Below, piece after piece: positions 62,142-64,000 of a DNA stretch of 64,000 nt (within the stretch, counting starts at the first letter, position 1; every line of letters begins with the position of its first letter). The stretch is from an uncultured Gammaproteobacteria bacterium (GTDB taxonomy: Bacteria > Pseudomonadota > Gammaproteobacteria > Berkiellales > Berkiellaceae). The stretch lies in the NCBI GenBank assembly GCA_964395835.1, contig CAYNBJ010000006.1, positions 28,912-92,911 on the forward strand. Direction: 5' to 3'. A program made the translations under genes and the position numbers. The notes under the pieces are model-generated. The model did no database searches. It was given only the letters and a program-made list of their open reading frames with translations, and was not told where the DNA came from.

Positions 62142-63494
62142 ATGACGGCTGTGTTTCGCAATCATATTTCTCTTTGGAATTCGTGCCTGGATTCGCTCCA
62201 AGAGGTCTTGACCTCAGAGGCATTTTCAATGTGGGTTTGCCCTTTGCAGGTTAAGATTACCTCAGATATTTTGCTCATTGGTGCGCCAAATAGGATTGTA
62301 TTTGATGAGGTCAAAGAAAAATGCCTTGCTTTGATAGAGGAGTTTTTTGAAGAAAATTCTTTTTATGGAATTCGTTGTGTACGTTTATACGTTCTTGGTG
62401 AAATTACTGTTCAGTATGCTCCGATCGCTCCTATTGCGAATGTTGCTGCAGTTAAGAGCGGCCATGCTCCGTTGGCTGGAGATTTGCAACCAGATTTCAC
62501 TTTTGGGAATTTTATTATAGGTAAATCCAATCAGTTGGCCGAAGCTGCAGCAGAGCAGGTCGCGTTAGCACCCGGAAAAACTTATAATCCTTTATTTTTG
62601 TACGGTAGTGTAGGGCTGGGAAAAACGCATCTCTTGCATGCAATTGGAAATCGTATCAAAGAAAATCAACCGCAGCTGAATGTGCGCTATTTTCAAGCTG
62701 AGCGATTTGTGAGTGATTTAATCAAGGCTATACAGCAAAACACATTGGAAGATTTGAAGAGTATTTATCGTAAGATTGATGTATTGATGATTGATGATAT
62801 TCAGTTTTTTGCAGGAAAAGAGAGAACCCAAGAAGAATTTTTTCATACATTTAACACTCTGATTGATTCTAGGCAGCAAGTGATTTTGACCAGCGATCGC
62901 TTTCCAAAAGATCTCGGTGGGATTGCAGAGCGTCTGAAGTCACGATTTGGTTCTGGATTAACGGTTGCGGTCGATCCTCCTGACTTGGAGACTCGTGTCG
63001 CGATTCTTGTTCAGAAATCTCACAATATGGGTCAGGTGCTGAGTCACACAGAGGCTTTTTTTATAGCGCAGCATGTGCGTACAAATATTCGCGAGCTTGA
63101 AGGGGCCTTTAAAAAAGTTCTGGCTTATAGTCGATTTAAATCCCAGCCTATTTCGTTAGATTTAATTCAAGAGGCACTGAAAGATGTTATTGCATCGCAC
63201 CAGCAATCCACGAGTGTTTCGAATATTATGGATAAGGTTGCTCAGCGTTATGGGGTTTCTGTAAAAGATTTAGTCGGAGATGCTCGTTTTAAAAAATTTA
63301 CTGGTCCTCGGCAAGTGGCTATGGCACTATGTAAGGAGTTAACCAAGATGTCTTTTCCGGAGATTGCAAAGTCTTTTGGGGGGCGCGATCATACAACTGT
63401 GATACATGCCTGTAAAAAAGTAGGCTCTCAGTTGAAGGTAGACTCTGATTTGTCAAAAGATTATCAAGAGTTAATTAAAAATTTATGTCACTAG
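62142..63494 (+). CDS. dnaA: Chromosomal replication initiator protein DnaA
   Basis: AAA+ NPLFLYGSVGLGKTHLL, MIDDIQF, and the DNA-binding signature FGGRDHTTVIHA. The start is ATG 62142 (MTAVFRNHISLWNSCL), with an alternative GTG at 62127. Confidence 0.95.
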   Translation: MTAVFRNHISLWNSCLDSLQEVLTSEAFSMWVCPLQVKITSDILLIGAPNRIVFDEVKEKCLALIEEFFEENSFYGIRCVRLYVLGEITVQYAPIAPIANVAAVKSGHAPLAGDLQPDFTFGNFIIGKSNQLAEAAAEQVALAPGKTYNPLFLYGSVGLGKTHLLHAIGNRIKENQPQLNVRYFQAERFVSDLIKAIQQNTLEDLKSIYRKIDVLMIDDIQFFAGKERTQEEFFHTFNTLIDSRQQVILTSDRFPKDLGGIAERLKSRFGSGLTVAVDPPDLETRVAILVQKSHNMGQVLSHTEAFFIAQHVRTNIRELEGAFKKVLAYSRFKSQPISLDLIQEALKDVIASHQQSTSVSNIMDKVAQRYGVSVKDLVGDARFKKFTGPRQVAMALCKELTKMSFPEIAKSFGGRDHTTVIHACKKVGSQLKVDSDLSKDYQELIKNLCH

Positions 63495-63510
63495 TGCTAG
63501 AGAAATAAAA

Positions 63511-64000
63511 ATGGTTATTCTGTTCGAAAAGAAGATTTTAATTGATGGTCTATCTAAGGTGATGGGTGCGATTGATAAAAAGCAGATTAATCCTATGCTG
63601 CAGTCTTGCTTTGTGCAGGTTGAATCAGGTAAGGCTGTTTTTATTGCGACGGATTTAGAGGTTGCAATTGAGGTTCGCAAAATTTTTGATGTACCAGTGT
63701 CAGAGAAAAAAGTTTTTCTTTTGCCTGCTCGGACTGTCTTGGATTTTTGCAAAGCTCTCCATCACGCGCAAATGATAGAGATGCATTTTGAAAAGAATCG
63801 CATCCAGATGTGTACACAATTTTCCTCTCTTTCTGTGGCATCAATGCCTGCTGATGATTTTCCCTTGTTCGATAAAAATGCCATGGTATTGGGTTCTTTT
63901 CAGATTTCAAAAAAATTGTTTAAAGATTTGTTGGAAAAAACACAATACGCTATGGCATTGGCTGATGTTCGATATTATCTCAATGGCCTCTTTCTGCAAA
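63511..64000 (+). CDS. dnaN: DNA polymerase III beta sliding clamp (N-terminal part; continues past the window end)
   Basis: My translation from ATG 63511 is MVILFEKKILIDGLSKVMGAIDKKQINPMLQSCFVQVESGKAVFIATDLEVAIEV...ADVRYYLNGLFLQ. It shows typical DnaN blocks (P.L..v........l...aTDlE, R..LnGv.l). It runs off the window edge. Confidence 0.92.
   Translation, partial: MVILFEKKILIDGLSKVMGAIDKKQINPMLQSCFVQVESGKAVFIATDLEVAIEVRKIFDVPVSEKKVFLLPARTVLDFCKALHHAQMIEMHFEKNRIQMCTQFSSLSVASMPADDFPLFDKNAMVLGSFQISKKLFKDLLEKTQYAMALADVRYYLNGLFLQ

Overview
This is an AT-rich bacterial chromosome segment, roughly 35-40% GC judged by eye and not computed. The gene order looks gammaproteobacterial (Legionellales/Coxiella-like) and the window spans the replication-origin region.

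Almost everything left of about 61.9 kb is on the minus strand. Reading away from the origin, the genes are:
- rpmH-rnpA-yidC-mnmE-mnmG-rsmG-parA-parB
- a complete F1Fo ATP synthase operon (atpIBEFHAGDC)
- a small three-ORF cluster ending in a miniature secretin, abutting aroK
- a CPA2 K+ efflux protein, cytochrome c5, uvrD-polA, engB and prlC-orn
- a compressed tsaE-mutL-miaA-hfq-hflK-hflC-rnr-rlmB block
- terC-parE-parC-rsgA
- the EF-P beta-lysylation module (epmB <> efp-epmA), hemJ, priA and dksA
- a small accessory islet with an ATP/ADP translocase (tlc/NTT type), a GNAT acetyltransferase and an orphan gene
- secE-nusG-rplKAJL-rpoB and the 5' part of rpoC

dnaA and the 5' part of dnaN lie on the plus strand, to the right of a cluster of DnaA boxes and an AT-rich stretch that I call oriC.

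The window is overwhelmingly core housekeeping. I saw no CRISPR array, rRNA or tRNA gene, transposase, integrase, prophage or recognisable defence or toxin-antitoxin system.

The items most worth follow-up are:
- the reduced secretin module (45515-47049), with two overlapping small envelope ORFs
- the nucleotide-transporter islet with its roughly 0.7 kb apparently non-coding gap and orphan 240-aa gene
- an orphan 344-aa membrane protein
- an unusually long SecE
- a PolA whose 3'-5' exonuclease region looks degenerate
- a few striking perfect palindromes and hairpins in intergenic DNA

I do not see convincing evidence for a large novel multi-gene system. All homology calls come from my own reading of the translated ORFs, not from database searches.
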